Shown here: piece by piece, positions 1-7,855 of the stretch | Numbering within the stretch: the stretch's first letter is position 1 | How the letters are laid out: every line of letters starts with the position of its first letter | IMG/VR virus record: IMGVR_UViG_3300045988_182841 | Location: 609-32,608 of that record | DNA: 32,000 nucleotides | Origin: a virus | Direction: 5' to 3' (one strand) | Notes under the pieces: generated by a model | What the model saw: the letters and a program-made list of their open reading frames with translations, nothing else | What the model was told of the DNA's origin: nothing | Databases searched by the model: none | Program-made: the position numbers and the translations under genes

Positions 1-822
1 GTATTCTACCGCGACAATTACACCTGCCAAGTCTGTGGGCGCAAAGCCAACGAAGGTGCTATCTTGCACGTGCATCACATGTTCTATTGGAAGGGCCGCC
101 ATGGCAATAGTCTCAATGAGCTTGTAACCGTATGTGAAAAATGCCATACACCAGCCAACCATCAAAAAGGCGGCAAACTCTACGGATTCGGTGAAAATAT
201 AAAGTTTGCAAATCTATCCGGTGCAGCGTTTATGAACACTGTGCGCTGGCAAATCGTTAATGAGCTTTACGCTGCTTTTGGAAAGCCGTTCGTCACATTC
301 ACTTATGGCGCAATGACCAAAGAAAAGCGGATTGCTCTTCATCTTGATAAGAGTCATAGCAACGATGCGTATGCGATGGGAAACTTCCATCCAGTTGACC
401 GCTGTGCGTTTGAGCATTACGAAAAGGTAAAACGCAATAACCGCATTCTCGAAAAGTTTCATGATTCGCGGTATATTGACATTCGTACCGGCAAAGAAGC
501 AAAAGGCAAAGAACTCTTCAACGGAAGAATTAGCCGCAGCCATAAAAAGGATTCTGAGAACTTGCACAAGTACCGTGGAAAGAGGATTCGTAAAGGCTAC
601 CGTGCTCTACGCCGCAAAAAGGTGGCCCTCAATTCCGGCGATTTGGTTTCTCTCAACGGAGAAACCCTTATCGTACATGGTACTCATACTAATAAAAAAG
701 GCAACGTAAGAGTGGAATTCAAAGTGGCCGCCTTAAACGGCAAGAAATCTGCCAGCTTAAAAAAGCTTAAAATTGTTAAAACGTCAACCCCCATGCATTC
801 TGCGTGGGCTAAAGTATCTTAA
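1..822 (+). CDS. iscB-like: IscB-like RNA-guided nuclease family protein, 5'-truncated by window edge (HNH + RuvC-III + C-terminal domain)
   Basis: Frame 1 is open from base 1: VFYRDNYTCQVCGRKANEGAILHVHHMFYW...CEKCHTPANH (HNH), ...HLDKSHSNDAYAMG (RuvC-III HxxDA). Highly similar to the full copy at 15715-17112. Stop TAA 820-822. Confidence 0.85.
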   Translation, partial: VFYRDNYTCQVCGRKANEGAILHVHHMFYWKGRHGNSLNELVTVCEKCHTPANHQKGGKLYGFGENIKFANLSGAAFMNTVRWQIVNELYAAFGKPFVTFTYGAMTKEKRIALHLDKSHSNDAYAMGNFHPVDRCAFEHYEKVKRNNRILEKFHDSRYIDIRTGKEAKGKELFNGRISRSHKKDSENLHKYRGKRIRKGYRALRRKKVALNSGDLVSLNGETLIVHGTHTNKKGNVRVEFKVAALNGKKSASLKKLKIVKTSTPMHSAWAKVS

Positions 823-900
823 ACCCCAAAGAAAGAAAACGCAGAATATTTGCACTTGCTAAGTGTACCTCAAAAATACTCTTGGTCAATGCATTCCTCG

Positions 901-929
901 CCGCCTAAGTCGCAGACGACTATAGACGG
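901..929 (+). repeat. Right-end subterminal palindrome of IscB-like element, copy 1
   Basis: ccgcctaagtcgcagacgactatagacgg followed by tgtaccctacgcacaaa; same position relative to the ORF as 17191-17219. Confidence 0.75.
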
Positions 930-949
930 TGTACCCTACGCACAAATCT

Positions 950-1025
950 TATGATTTAAGGAACTGGTCTTGAAAACCAGCGACGCTAAAAACGTCCGTG
1001 GGTTCGAATCCCACTCTGGCCGCCA
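950..1025 (+). tRNA. tRNA-Ser(UGA), 3' part only; 5' half missing, replaced by the IscB element right end
   Basis: ctggt-cttgaaa-accag anticodon arm, gtggg-ttcgaat-cccac T arm, 3' acceptor tctggcc + g + cca; no matching GGCCAGA 5' acceptor strand present. Confidence 0.75.
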
Positions 1026-1030
1026 GATTT

Positions 1031-1052
1031 TGCCGGGGCTTCCCGGCTTTTT
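1031..1052 (+). terminator. Intrinsic terminator after the tRNA-Ser remnant
   Basis: GCCGGGgcttCCCGGC + T tract. Confidence 0.7.
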
Positions 1053-1136
1053 GTTTTTGTGAGTGACACAAGAAAATGAGTTGCCATATCAAATAGGGCA
1101 AAGTATACTATAAAACACGCATCGTGAGGAAATACC

Positions 1137-1841
1137 ATGACAAAAAGGTCTGACATCGAAATGGTTGCCAAAGCCAGAGCTTGGGCTATTAAGGCTCATG
1201 CTGGACAAAAGGATAAGGCAGGAAAGGACTATTTCCGAGCACACGTTGCGGCTGTAGCGGAAAGGGTAAAAGGGGACCCCGTTGCTGAAACTGTGGCATT
1301 TCTGCATGATACTGTCGAAGATACGTCCATAACAATAGAAGACATCAGAACGGGGTTTCCAAAAGAAGTTGCTGATGCTGTGGACGCATTGACACAAAGC
1401 AAGAACATGCCGTATGCCGAGTATCTTTGGCACATCCAGCAAAACCCTATTGCTGTCAAAGTTAAACTCTCGGACCTGCGCAGCAATATGGACTTAACCA
1501 GGCTTCCTCACGCTCCAACCAAAAAAGACGCGGAAAGAACCAGAAAATACAAGCGGGCATATACGATTCTATCGTCGGCGAATGGTATAAACGCTATCAA
1601 TCCGTATGCGCTGTACGACTACTTGCTGGCAAGAAACTGGAGTGTTGATAGGAAAAGCACAAGGACACCCGTTCTGGAAGCACCAGGCGGATATGCTGAA
1701 ATCACGGTGCCCATCGACTTGGCTTTGGCTGACTATGAAGTCAAGATGGCAGATGCTCTAGGCAAGCTGCACTCGTATGAGGGCATATCAGCTTCGGAGG
1801 CGATAGCGCGGATTGCGGCTTGGAAGCCAGACAAACAATAA
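1137..1841 (+). CDS. HD-domain protein, RelA/SpoT-type (p)ppGpp hydrolase-like
   Basis: AIKAHAGQKDKAGKDYFRAHVAAVA...VAFLHDTVEDTSIT motif; promoter TTGCCA-17-TATACT upstream. Confidence 0.75.
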   Translation: MTKRSDIEMVAKARAWAIKAHAGQKDKAGKDYFRAHVAAVAERVKGDPVAETVAFLHDTVEDTSITIEDIRTGFPKEVADAVDALTQSKNMPYAEYLWHIQQNPIAVKVKLSDLRSNMDLTRLPHAPTKKDAERTRKYKRAYTILSSANGINAINPYALYDYLLARNWSVDRKSTRTPVLEAPGGYAEITVPIDLALADYEVKMADALGKLHSYEGISASEAIARIAAWKPDKQ

Positions 1842-1873
1842 GCATGGGCCTGCTATTATTTTTATGAAAAGCC

Positions 1874-1902
1874 TTGACTTTGTCTTTTACACATTGTATA
1901 AT
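1874..1902 (+). promoter_or_regulatory. SigA-like promoter upstream of small ORF/tRNA cluster
   Basis: TTGACT (1874-1879), 17-nt spacer, TATAAT (1897-1902). Confidence 0.7.
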
Positions 1903-1937
1903 TAAGACACTGAATTTGATGAAAGGAAAAACGCACG

Positions 1938-2057
1938 ATGTTTGCTGCTATGATGAACAAACAGAATAAGTTGCAAGAGCTGTGGAGCAATTCGAATCTC
2001 TTCGGCTGTTTTGTGTTGTCTGTTTGTGCAAATCATAGTGCAGTGATGGTTGAGTAA
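1938..2057 (+). CDS. Candidate small protein, 39 aa (MFAAMMNKQNKLQELWSNSNLFGCFVLSVCANHSAVMVE)
   Basis: ATG after gatgaaaggaaaaacgcacg, immediately downstream of a consensus promoter; terminator follows at 2101. Confidence 0.4.
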   Translation: MFAAMMNKQNKLQELWSNSNLFGCFVLSVCANHSAVMVE

Positions 2058-2100
2058 AATCATCCAAGTATCGGTTGTTTTCCATACTCTGCACGATATG

Positions 2101-2140
2101 AGCACCTGTCAGACGCACAACGCCTGATGGGTGCTTTTTT
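2101..2140 (+). terminator. Terminator-like hairpin
   Basis: AGCACCtgTCAG...CTGATGGGTGCTTTTTT. Confidence 0.6.
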
Positions 2141-2234
2141 GATGCAGAAAATCAAAATCAGGTCACTCTAATGCCACCGAGATAGAATTCGGTCAGGCTT
2201 ATTAAAGTGTTTCGCGTTATACAGTTTGTATATT

Positions 2235-2308
2235 CGAGGATTCGCCAAACGGCAAGGTATCAGGTTTTGGCCCTGACATTGGTTGTTCAACTCAATCATT
2301 CTCGGCCA
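2235..2308 (+). tRNA. tRNA-Gln(UUG)
   Basis: Acceptor cgaggat/attctcg, anticodon arm tcagg-ttttggc-cctga, T arm ggttg-ttcaact-caatc, CCA encoded. Confidence 0.85.
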
Positions 2309-2388
2309 GCACTCACTTCCATGCGCATCGGAAGTGAGATTCCTTGAAGCTGTGTTCCCATAAGCAAGGCACGGCAGATGCGCGACAA

Positions 2389-2464
2389 GTGCTCATAACT
2401 CAAATGGTAGAGTAGCTGACTTTTAATCGGCAGGTTCGGGATTCGACTTCCCGTGAGCGCACCA
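2389..2464 (+). tRNA. tRNA-Lys(UUU)
   Basis: gtgctca/tgagcgc acceptor, gctga-cttttaa-tcggc, cggga-ttcgact-tcccg, CCA encoded. Confidence 0.9.
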
Positions 2465-2493
2465 TGTCCGGCAGTACAACAACTGCCACTTGT

Positions 2494-2569
2494 GGGTTGT
2501 TAGCTCAGCTGGCAGAGCAACGGACCGTTAATTCGTAGGCCGCAGGTTCAAACCCTGCACAACCCGCCA
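2494..2569 (+). tRNA. tRNA-Asn(GUU) with C33
   Basis: gggttgt/acaaccc acceptor, acgga-ccgttaa-ttcgt, gcagg-ttcaaac-cctgc, CCA encoded; 76 nt. Confidence 0.85.
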
Positions 2570-2572
2570 TAT

Positions 2573-2647
2573 GCTCCAGTGGCGAAGCTGGCAAACGCAG
2601 CGGATTTAAGTCCCGCTTATTTCTGAGTTCGACTCTCAGCTGGAGCA
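2573..2647 (+). tRNA. tRNA-Leu(UAA) with short variable region
   Basis: gctccag/ctggagc acceptor, gcgga-tttaagt-cccgc, ctgag-ttcgact-ctcag; no CCA encoded. Confidence 0.75.
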
Positions 2648-2655
2648 TTAAATAT

Positions 2656-2730
2656 AGGGGTGTAGCTCAAGTGGTAGAGCAGCGGTCTCCAAAACCGCGT
2701 GTTGCATGTTCAAGTCGTGTCGCCCCTGCC
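2656..2730 (+). tRNA. tRNA-Trp(CCA)
   Basis: aggggtg/cgcccct acceptor, gcggt-ctccaaa-accgc; CCA tail encoded. Confidence 0.9.
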
Positions 2731-2736
2731 ACAACA

Positions 2737-2775
2737 AGAAAAGCCGTCCTCGCAAAAGAGGCGGCTTTTTGTTTT
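2737..2775 (+). terminator. Intrinsic terminator of tRNA cluster
   Basis: AAGCCGtCCTCgcaaaaGAGGCGGCTTTTTGTTTT. Confidence 0.85.
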
Positions 2776-2876
2776 GAATAGTATACAGACTAAAAAAACT
2801 AAACCACAAGTTGATTGCAGATTCACAAAAACATGGTATAATAATATCAGAACGAAACGAAAGGAGATACCCCGAA

Positions 2877-3017
2877 ATGCTGTGCAACACTGTTAATGTC
2901 ATGTCGTATGAGTATAGTTACGAATATTCTGAGTTCATGTCCTTTGAACGCAGTTTTATTTCTCATACTCCTCGACAGGCAAAAACAGACCATGTACAGA
3001 TGCGGTGCGTCTTCTAA
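2877..3017 (+). CDS. Candidate small protein, 46 aa (MLCNTVNVMSYEYSYEYSEFMSFERS...)
   Basis: TATAAT at 2837-2842; strong SD aaaggagatac before ATG. Confidence 0.5.
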   Translation: MLCNTVNVMSYEYSYEYSEFMSFERSFISHTPRQAKTDHVQMRCVF

Positions 3018-3035
3018 GCGATAACTGCATGTCAT

Positions 3036-3070
3036 AGCTGCTTGTCGAGATTTCGGCAGGCAGCTTTTTT
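3036..3070 (+). terminator. Terminator-like hairpin between small ORF and HTH gene
   Basis: AGCTGC...GCAGCTTTTTT. Confidence 0.65.
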
Positions 3071-3101
3071 GTTGCCTGCAATACAGAAAGGCAGCAAGAA
3101 A

Positions 3102-3323
3102 ATGAACGTTCCTACTATCGATATTCAGAAAACCGGTGCCAACATTAAGACGCTGCGAAAAGCAGCAGGTATCAAGGTGAAAGATGTGGCAGATACCCTC
3201 GGTGTATCCACACAGGCGGTTGCCAAATGGCAAGCTGGAACCGCGCTTCCAACCATTGATAACCTTGTGATATTGGCAGCAATGCTGGATACCAAGATAG
3301 ATGACATCTTAGTCATCGCATAA
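3102..3323 (+). CDS. XRE/Cro-family HTH regulator, 73 aa
   Basis: MNVPTIDIQKTGANIKTLRKAAGIKVKDVADTLGVSTQAVAKWQAGTALPTIDNLVILAAMLDTKIDDILVIA. Confidence 0.85.
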   Translation: MNVPTIDIQKTGANIKTLRKAAGIKVKDVADTLGVSTQAVAKWQAGTALPTIDNLVILAAMLDTKIDDILVIA

Positions 3324-3350
3324 TCCCCGCCGCATGATGCGGCATCATAT

Positions 3351-3427
3351 GGCCTGCTCGACGAATTGGTCAAGTCGTCAGTTTCTCAAACTGAAGGTTG
3401 TGGGTTCGACTCCCGCGCAGGTCACCA
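3351..3427 (+). tRNA. tRNA-Glu(CUC)
   Basis: ggcctgc/gcaggtc acceptor, tcagt-ttctcaa-actga, gtggg-ttcgact-cccgc, CCA. Confidence 0.8.
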
Positions 3428-3430
3428 TGT

Positions 3431-3506
3431 GCTTCTGTAGCTCAGCTGGTAGAGCAGTGGTCTGAAGAACCGCGTGCCGTTGGTTCGATTCCAACCGGAA
3501 GCACCA
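3431..3506 (+). tRNA. tRNA-Phe(GAA)
   Basis: gcttctg/cggaagc, gtggt-ctgaaga-accgc, gttgg-ttcgatt-ccaac, CCA. Confidence 0.9.
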
Positions 3507-3509
3507 CAT

Positions 3510-3594
3510 GTGTCGGTATGCAAGAGGTTAAAGCAGGCAGTCTGTAAAACTGTTCCGTTACGGTTCGCTGGTTCGAATCCAGTCCGACACACCA
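3510..3594 (+). tRNA. tRNA-Tyr(GUA)
   Basis: gtgtcgg/ccgacac, gcagt-ctgtaaa-actgt, long variable arm, CCA. Confidence 0.9.
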
Positions 3595-3598
3595 ATAT

Positions 3599-3672
3599 GG
3601 CCCCTTCGACAAATTGGTCCAAGTCACCACGCTTTCACCGTGGAGTTAGCAGTTCGAGTCTGCTAGGGGTCA
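3599..3672 (+). tRNA. tRNA-Glu(UUC)
   Basis: ggcccct/aggggtc, ccacg-ctttcac-cgtgg, agcag-ttcgagt-ctgct. Confidence 0.85.
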
Positions 3673-3704
3673 CTACGTCGCACCTACGTTAAAAGGTGCA
3701 TTAT

Positions 3705-3794
3705 GCAGAGGTCGCCTAACGGTAGGGCAGCGGCTCGCTAAGCCGCCGTCGCGGAAATCGCGGCATGTGAGTTCGAATCTCACCCTCTGCGCCA
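3705..3794 (+). tRNA. tRNA-Ser(GCU) with C33
   Basis: gcagagg/cctctgc, gcggc-tcgctaa-gccgc, long variable arm, gtgag-ttcgaat-ctcac, CCA. Confidence 0.85.
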
Positions 3795-3797
3795 TCT

Positions 3798-3885
3798 GCT
3801 TGCTTGTCCGAGTGGTTAATGGAATCGGTCCAGAAAACCGACGATGGGAAACTGTCCGAAGGTTCGAATCCTTCAGCAAGCGCCA
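3798..3885 (+). tRNA. tRNA-Ser, anticodon read as AGA, with C33
   Basis: gcttgct/agcaagc, tcggt-ccagaaa-accga, gaagg-ttcgaat-ccttc, CCA. Confidence 0.75.
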
Positions 3886-4244
3886 CTGCCCTCATTCTGT
3901 GCGGTATCCGTGCAGGTGAGGGCTTTTTCTTTTGCTTTTCGCTTCGAATTTCGGACCCGAATGGCGTTAATGGTCGGGTATTCCTGATTGTACATGCCCT
4001 TGCTATATGGCAAATAGCTCCAAACGGTATTGGTTTTCATGCCCATTTCTTCTGCAATTTCCGGAACAGACATACCGCTCGAACGCATCTTCCCGATTTT
4101 TTCTGATGTTTCATCTGACCAGGCACCGGCAGTAATCAATATTTTGCGCACCTTCTGCAATGAGATGCCTGCACGTTTGGCAATGGTTCTTCTGGGAATG
4201 CCTTGCTCAAAGAGCCGGAGAACCGTCTGTATTGTCACATCCAT
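3873..4244 (-). CDS. Small HTH (homeodomain-like) DNA-binding protein, 123 aa
   Basis: MDVTIQTVLRLFEQGIPRRTIAKRAGISLQKVRKILITAG...MSVPEIAEEMGMKTNTVWSYLPYSKGMYN; SD GAGGT upstream on minus strand. Confidence 0.7.
   Translation of the reverse strand: MDVTIQTVLRLFEQGIPRRTIAKRAGISLQKVRKILITAGAWSDETSEKIGKMRSSGMSVPEIAEEMGMKTNTVWSYLPYSKGMYNQEYPTINAIRVRNSKRKAKEKALTCTDTAQNEGSGAC
3888..3935 (+). terminator. Terminator after the tRNA array
   Basis: GCCCTCA...TGAGGGCttttctttt. Confidence 0.7.
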
Positions 4245-4500
4245 TTTGATTGTACCTCGCCGCATTTAATCTCTTTCGTATCATTATAATTGTTATACTC
4301 TAATCATACAGCAAAACAATGAAACTATCCAGGAACCAAAAGCATCTTCATTTATCACTGATTTATCTGTTCGGAACAATATCGAAAATACCTTGATATT
4401 ATTCCGATGCATTGTTCCGACTGGCTGACTTCGTTCCATAAGGAGGCGGCTTTTTTGCTTGTAAAAATATGTATAAACTGTTACCATTTGATGCTTTCCA

Positions 4501-4529
4501 TTGTGAGAAATTGCGAATCGCGGTATAAT
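4501..4529 (+). promoter_or_regulatory. Spacer-motif promoter P1
   Basis: TTGTGAgaaatTGCGAAtcgcggTATAAT. Confidence 0.7.
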
Positions 4530-4561
4530 GAAAGGGTAGAAAATGAAAGGATTTTCGCCGT

Positions 4562-5251
4562 ATGTACATTGAATTCACTGGTAAGCAGTACTTCTTCATT
4601 CTGCACGCTCTTGCTGTTATGATAACGTTTTACAACAACGATTTTTCCTCTATCTGCAAGGAAGTTGGAGAAACCTATGGTGCAAGCGAGGAGAACATTG
4701 CAAGTGCTTGTGCTATGCTGACGGCTGTGAACGTAACGGCACCTATCAAAAGCTTATCTGATAAGTGCAGCGACATTCTGGAAGACGTGCTGCATCATGC
4801 GCGGGAGCTGCCCGAAAAGGATGCTCCGTATAAATACAGGATTGGCTTAGATGCTTCTTCCTGGAAAGTCGTTGCCGATGCCCTGGATACATACTCTCGG
4901 ATTTTGATGGGGCAGTTTGGTATCATCTTCGAGTCTTTGGACATCGCAGCCAACTACGACTACGGGAAGCTCCGCCTGCTTCGACTGCAAGCTTACCATG
5001 ATGCACGCTGGAATGGAGTAGGAGTCATCGAAGCTCGTGACCTTCTGATTCCGCAGCTCAAAAAGATGGGCATTGGCTGGAACGGGAACTTTGGCATTTC
5101 AAATTCTGAGCTTGCCTACAACAGCAAGCTGGCATACGAAATTCTTAAAGCTATTCGATATGTGACAGAGAGCCGAGATAGCTCCGTTCTGAAAGTCACC
5201 GACGAACCGCTGCCGCATGTCGAGGGTTCTTTCCAAATCAAAGCACTGTGA
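4562..5251 (+). CDS. Hypothetical protein, 229 aa
   Basis: Long ORF downstream of P1; exact start uncertain. Confidence 0.65.
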   Translation: MYIEFTGKQYFFILHALAVMITFYNNDFSSICKEVGETYGASEENIASACAMLTAVNVTAPIKSLSDKCSDILEDVLHHARELPEKDAPYKYRIGLDASSWKVVADALDTYSRILMGQFGIIFESLDIAANYDYGKLRLLRLQAYHDARWNGVGVIEARDLLIPQLKKMGIGWNGNFGISNSELAYNSKLAYEILKAIRYVTESRDSSVLKVTDEPLPHVEGSFQIKAL

Positions 5252-5486
5252 ACGAGATTGGAGGTTTTCCGGGGTGGGCGACCACATCATTTCTTTCTTA
5301 GATATCTGCGCAATGCGCGGTCAGCTGGTTTTGGCAAAGGCACCGTCTATCCCGGCTATCAATAACAAAACTGTGTATTGTACCGGCGCTCACAAACACG
5401 GCGAGGACCGCTGCATCGTTCTTGACGGTGAGGAGTACAGCCAGATTCTCTTTGTTGACGGGACAATAAAATTGTGTTGGCAGTGA
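5217..5486 (+). CDS. Hypothetical small protein; true start probably downstream of the listed ATG
   Basis: ORF ending ...CTGAHKHGEDRCIVLDGEEYSQILFVDGTIKLCWQ. Confidence 0.4.
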   Translation: MSRVLSKSKHCERDWRFSGVGDHIISFLDICAMRGQLVLAKAPSIPAINNKTVYCTGAHKHGEDRCIVLDGEEYSQILFVDGTIKLCWQ

Positions 5487-5495
5487 GGTGATATC

Positions 5496-6578
5496 GTGGA
5501 TAATATCATCGTGAACAGCGCTCTCTGGTACGCTGAGCAAAGCAGTCAGTTTCTTGTGAATTCTGGGGCCAACAAGCTGCTGGACAAGGGCTACGATTAT
5601 TATGTGAAGGAATTCATTCCGCTTGGACACCGCCTTATTCAAAACGGGCAGATTGCTGCCGATGCGATGGATGGGGAGTTAGCCGCACAGTTCTCGATGG
5701 CATACGTCGCAAACTATTGGCGTGCAGCAAAAACCGTGTACAATTTCGCTCCGGAATTTCTCAGAACATTGGCTGAGACTGAGGACGCACCGATTTATTC
5801 CGATATCATGATGCGGCTGCCATATCGGGACTTTGTCATGAATCTTCCTGCTGGTTCCCATCATGATGCGATGTTCGTACACATTGAATTCGACGCTTCC
5901 CATGGGCCGAACGATGTGGATACGCTCTTTCTGATTGTCCCTTTCAAGGCAAACCCCAATTTTGACAGTATCGAGCTCTGTCAATGTATGCAGTGGTGTC
6001 TCAACGGCAAGAAGCTGATTGAGTCCTACCGGCGCAACAACGATGCACGTGAGCAGGCTTTTCAGAACGGAACGGATTCCGCGACCGTCAATGACGCCAC
6101 GATTTCAAACGTACCGGGTGGCGTTCTCAGCGAGGATGAGCTGCAAAAGCAGCGGGAGTTCAACGCCGGTATCGAGCCATATCTTCGTATCGCGGTCTCT
6201 GCCGCTTATTATCTTGCATCAAAAAACGCAGAAATCAAAGAGGTAAAAATCCCGAAAGAGAAGCGGCCCATCCTTGTTTCCAAACCTGGTGCAGCTCCTA
6301 AAAGAGTCAACATCAAAACCTATAATGTCGGTTTTGTAATCGGGAAGAGCTTTGAAAAGCAGCTGGCTTCCGGTACAGAATATCAGAAATCTACGGCAAC
6401 TGGCACGGGCCGTACAGTCAGACCTCATGTCCGCCGTGCTCATTGGCATCATTATTGGGTCGGAGAAGGCCGGACACGCCTGGAAGTCCGCTGGATAGAG
6501 CCGACTTTTGTACTACCGGAAGGGAAACGTGAGGTTCCGGTGGCTACCGTAAGACGAGTTTATGGTAAAGGTGCTTGA
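5496..6578 (+). CDS. AcrVA2-like family protein, 360 aa
   Basis: C-terminal motif RTVRPHVRRAHWHHYWVGEGRTRLEVRWIEPTFV resembles the AcrVA2 C-terminus (RPHIRRGHWHGYWQG...FRVRWQPAVFVN) recalled from known sequence. Confidence 0.6.
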   Translation: MDNIIVNSALWYAEQSSQFLVNSGANKLLDKGYDYYVKEFIPLGHRLIQNGQIAADAMDGELAAQFSMAYVANYWRAAKTVYNFAPEFLRTLAETEDAPIYSDIMMRLPYRDFVMNLPAGSHHDAMFVHIEFDASHGPNDVDTLFLIVPFKANPNFDSIELCQCMQWCLNGKKLIESYRRNNDAREQAFQNGTDSATVNDATISNVPGGVLSEDELQKQREFNAGIEPYLRIAVSAAYYLASKNAEIKEVKIPKEKRPILVSKPGAAPKRVNIKTYNVGFVIGKSFEKQLASGTEYQKSTATGTGRTVRPHVRRAHWHHYWVGEGRTRLEVRWIEPTFVLPEGKREVPVATVRRVYGKGA

Positions 6579-6660
6579 CTTGCCTTGCATTTGGAGGACA
6601 CCGACATGAAAGTTGTAGAGAGAACCGATAAACACACAATTATAGCAGGAGAAGAACAAA

Positions 6661-7107
6661 ATGATTAACACTATTATTAACAGCATCAATGCCGATATCC
6701 TTACAAAAGCAAACGAATCGAATAAGCTCGAAACCGAGCGTATCATTAACGCTTATCAGCAGATGTGGGATAATGGCGATAGCTTTATCGCAAGTGACAT
6801 GGCTGCACTTTTTGGCGGTGCGCAGCGCAGCGGATTGAATGACGACGAAGAGATGGCAGCAGCCGTCAAGGCCGCAGAAACCGACCTGATTTATAAAGTT
6901 ATCATCAAGACTTGGTTCAAGGATATGAGTCGCGCAGATGCTGTTGCTATCTGCAACAAACTTTTTGAAAACAGAAATAGTATTCAGATTTTTTCTGCAA
7001 CACTAACCGCAAATGATGTCGCACGGAATTGGAATGCAGAGCACAGCAGCGAGAAACGCATCTGCATGACAACCCGCGCTGTTGAAGAGGCTTTTGGAAG
7101 CATCTAA
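6661..7107 (+). CDS. Hypothetical protein, 148 aa
   Basis: ORF with SD aggagaagaac upstream. Confidence 0.7.
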   Translation: MINTIINSINADILTKANESNKLETERIINAYQQMWDNGDSFIASDMAALFGGAQRSGLNDDEEMAAAVKAAETDLIYKVIIKTWFKDMSRADAVAICNKLFENRNSIQIFSATLTANDVARNWNAEHSSEKRICMTTRAVEEAFGSI

Positions 7108-7125
7108 TTCGGGAGGTATCAAACA

Positions 7126-7163
7126 AAATGAAGACCGGGAAAGCCCACGGTTTCAACCATGGG
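7126..7163 (+). repeat. Hairpin repeat related to 14968-15007 (IS200/IS605-like end or relic)
   Basis: aaaatgaagaccgggaaagcccacggtttcaaccatggg. Confidence 0.5.
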
Positions 7164-7307
7164 AGGGTGTCAAGAAAGGAATGTGGCAAGCACGCAGCCG
7201 CTCGACAAGAAGCTCTCTGATTTCGGGTTAAAGCGCCCACCGCAATCTTGGCAATATGTCTGCGTCAACATATAAATCTGGAAACCTACAAAATAAAGGA
7301 GTTCCAC

Positions 7308-7847
7308 ATGAAAGCAAACTATAAAATTGTCGCAAGCAAGCAAAAAATGCTTGAGAAGGAAATTGAGAACTTTGAACCCAACAGCACGATGTCAGTGCTG
7401 CTGATGCGCTACAGCATCATGCGGGGGATGCTTCAAGTAAAGCTGAACGACAAAGACGAAAATGGTATCCCGGACATCAGTCCTTCCGATATGGCATACG
7501 AGATGACCACTTTCTTTGGCGACGCCGTCAATGCTGCGGCTGATGATTTCACAAATGATGATGAGGACGACAGCACAATAAAATTTGATGGCACCGTTGA
7601 TGAATTCCGGCAAGAACTTGCCAATCGCGTCTTAATAACACTCAGTTTGGCGTTTGAACATGAATTCATAAATTTTACAGAGCAAACCGGGATTTCCCGC
7701 GCACAGTATGAAATTCTTGCGGCTGAATATATTGCTCATGCGGAAGACGATGGCAGCAAAGTATCCGAAATGTTCAAAGGCGACAGCTCTGAAAAGCACA
7801 AATCTAAGGGTTGGACTAACACCATGCCCAAAAACAAACGAAGTTAA
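7308..7847 (+). CDS. Hypothetical protein, 179 aa
   Basis: MKANYKIVASKQKMLEKEIENFEPN...; SD ataaaggagttccac. Confidence 0.75.
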   Translation: MKANYKIVASKQKMLEKEIENFEPNSTMSVLLMRYSIMRGMLQVKLNDKDENGIPDISPSDMAYEMTTFFGDAVNAAADDFTNDDEDDSTIKFDGTVDEFRQELANRVLITLSLAFEHEFINFTEQTGISRAQYEILAAEYIAHAEDDGSKVSEMFKGDSSEKHKSKGWTNTMPKNKRS

Positions 7848-7855
7848 AAAGCCAC

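Noticed and set aside
1955-2010. tRNA-like string with gagcaattcgaatctc T-loop look-alike
   Set aside because: No matching acceptor strands or anticodon arm; overlaps the 39-aa ORF.
2161-2215. Possible additional tRNA (ggtcactctaatgccaccgag...)
   Set aside because: Could not build acceptor/anticodon/T arms.
2235-3885. Amber-suppressor tRNA (CUA anticodon)
   Set aside because: Looked for one to support the TAG-recoding idea; none of the 12 anticodons read here is CUA, so recoding support must come from outside the window or from the host.
5496-6578. Firm call as a functional anti-CRISPR
   Set aside because: Only the C-terminal motif resembles AcrVA2; the motif occurs in a wider family and no cas12a context is visible.
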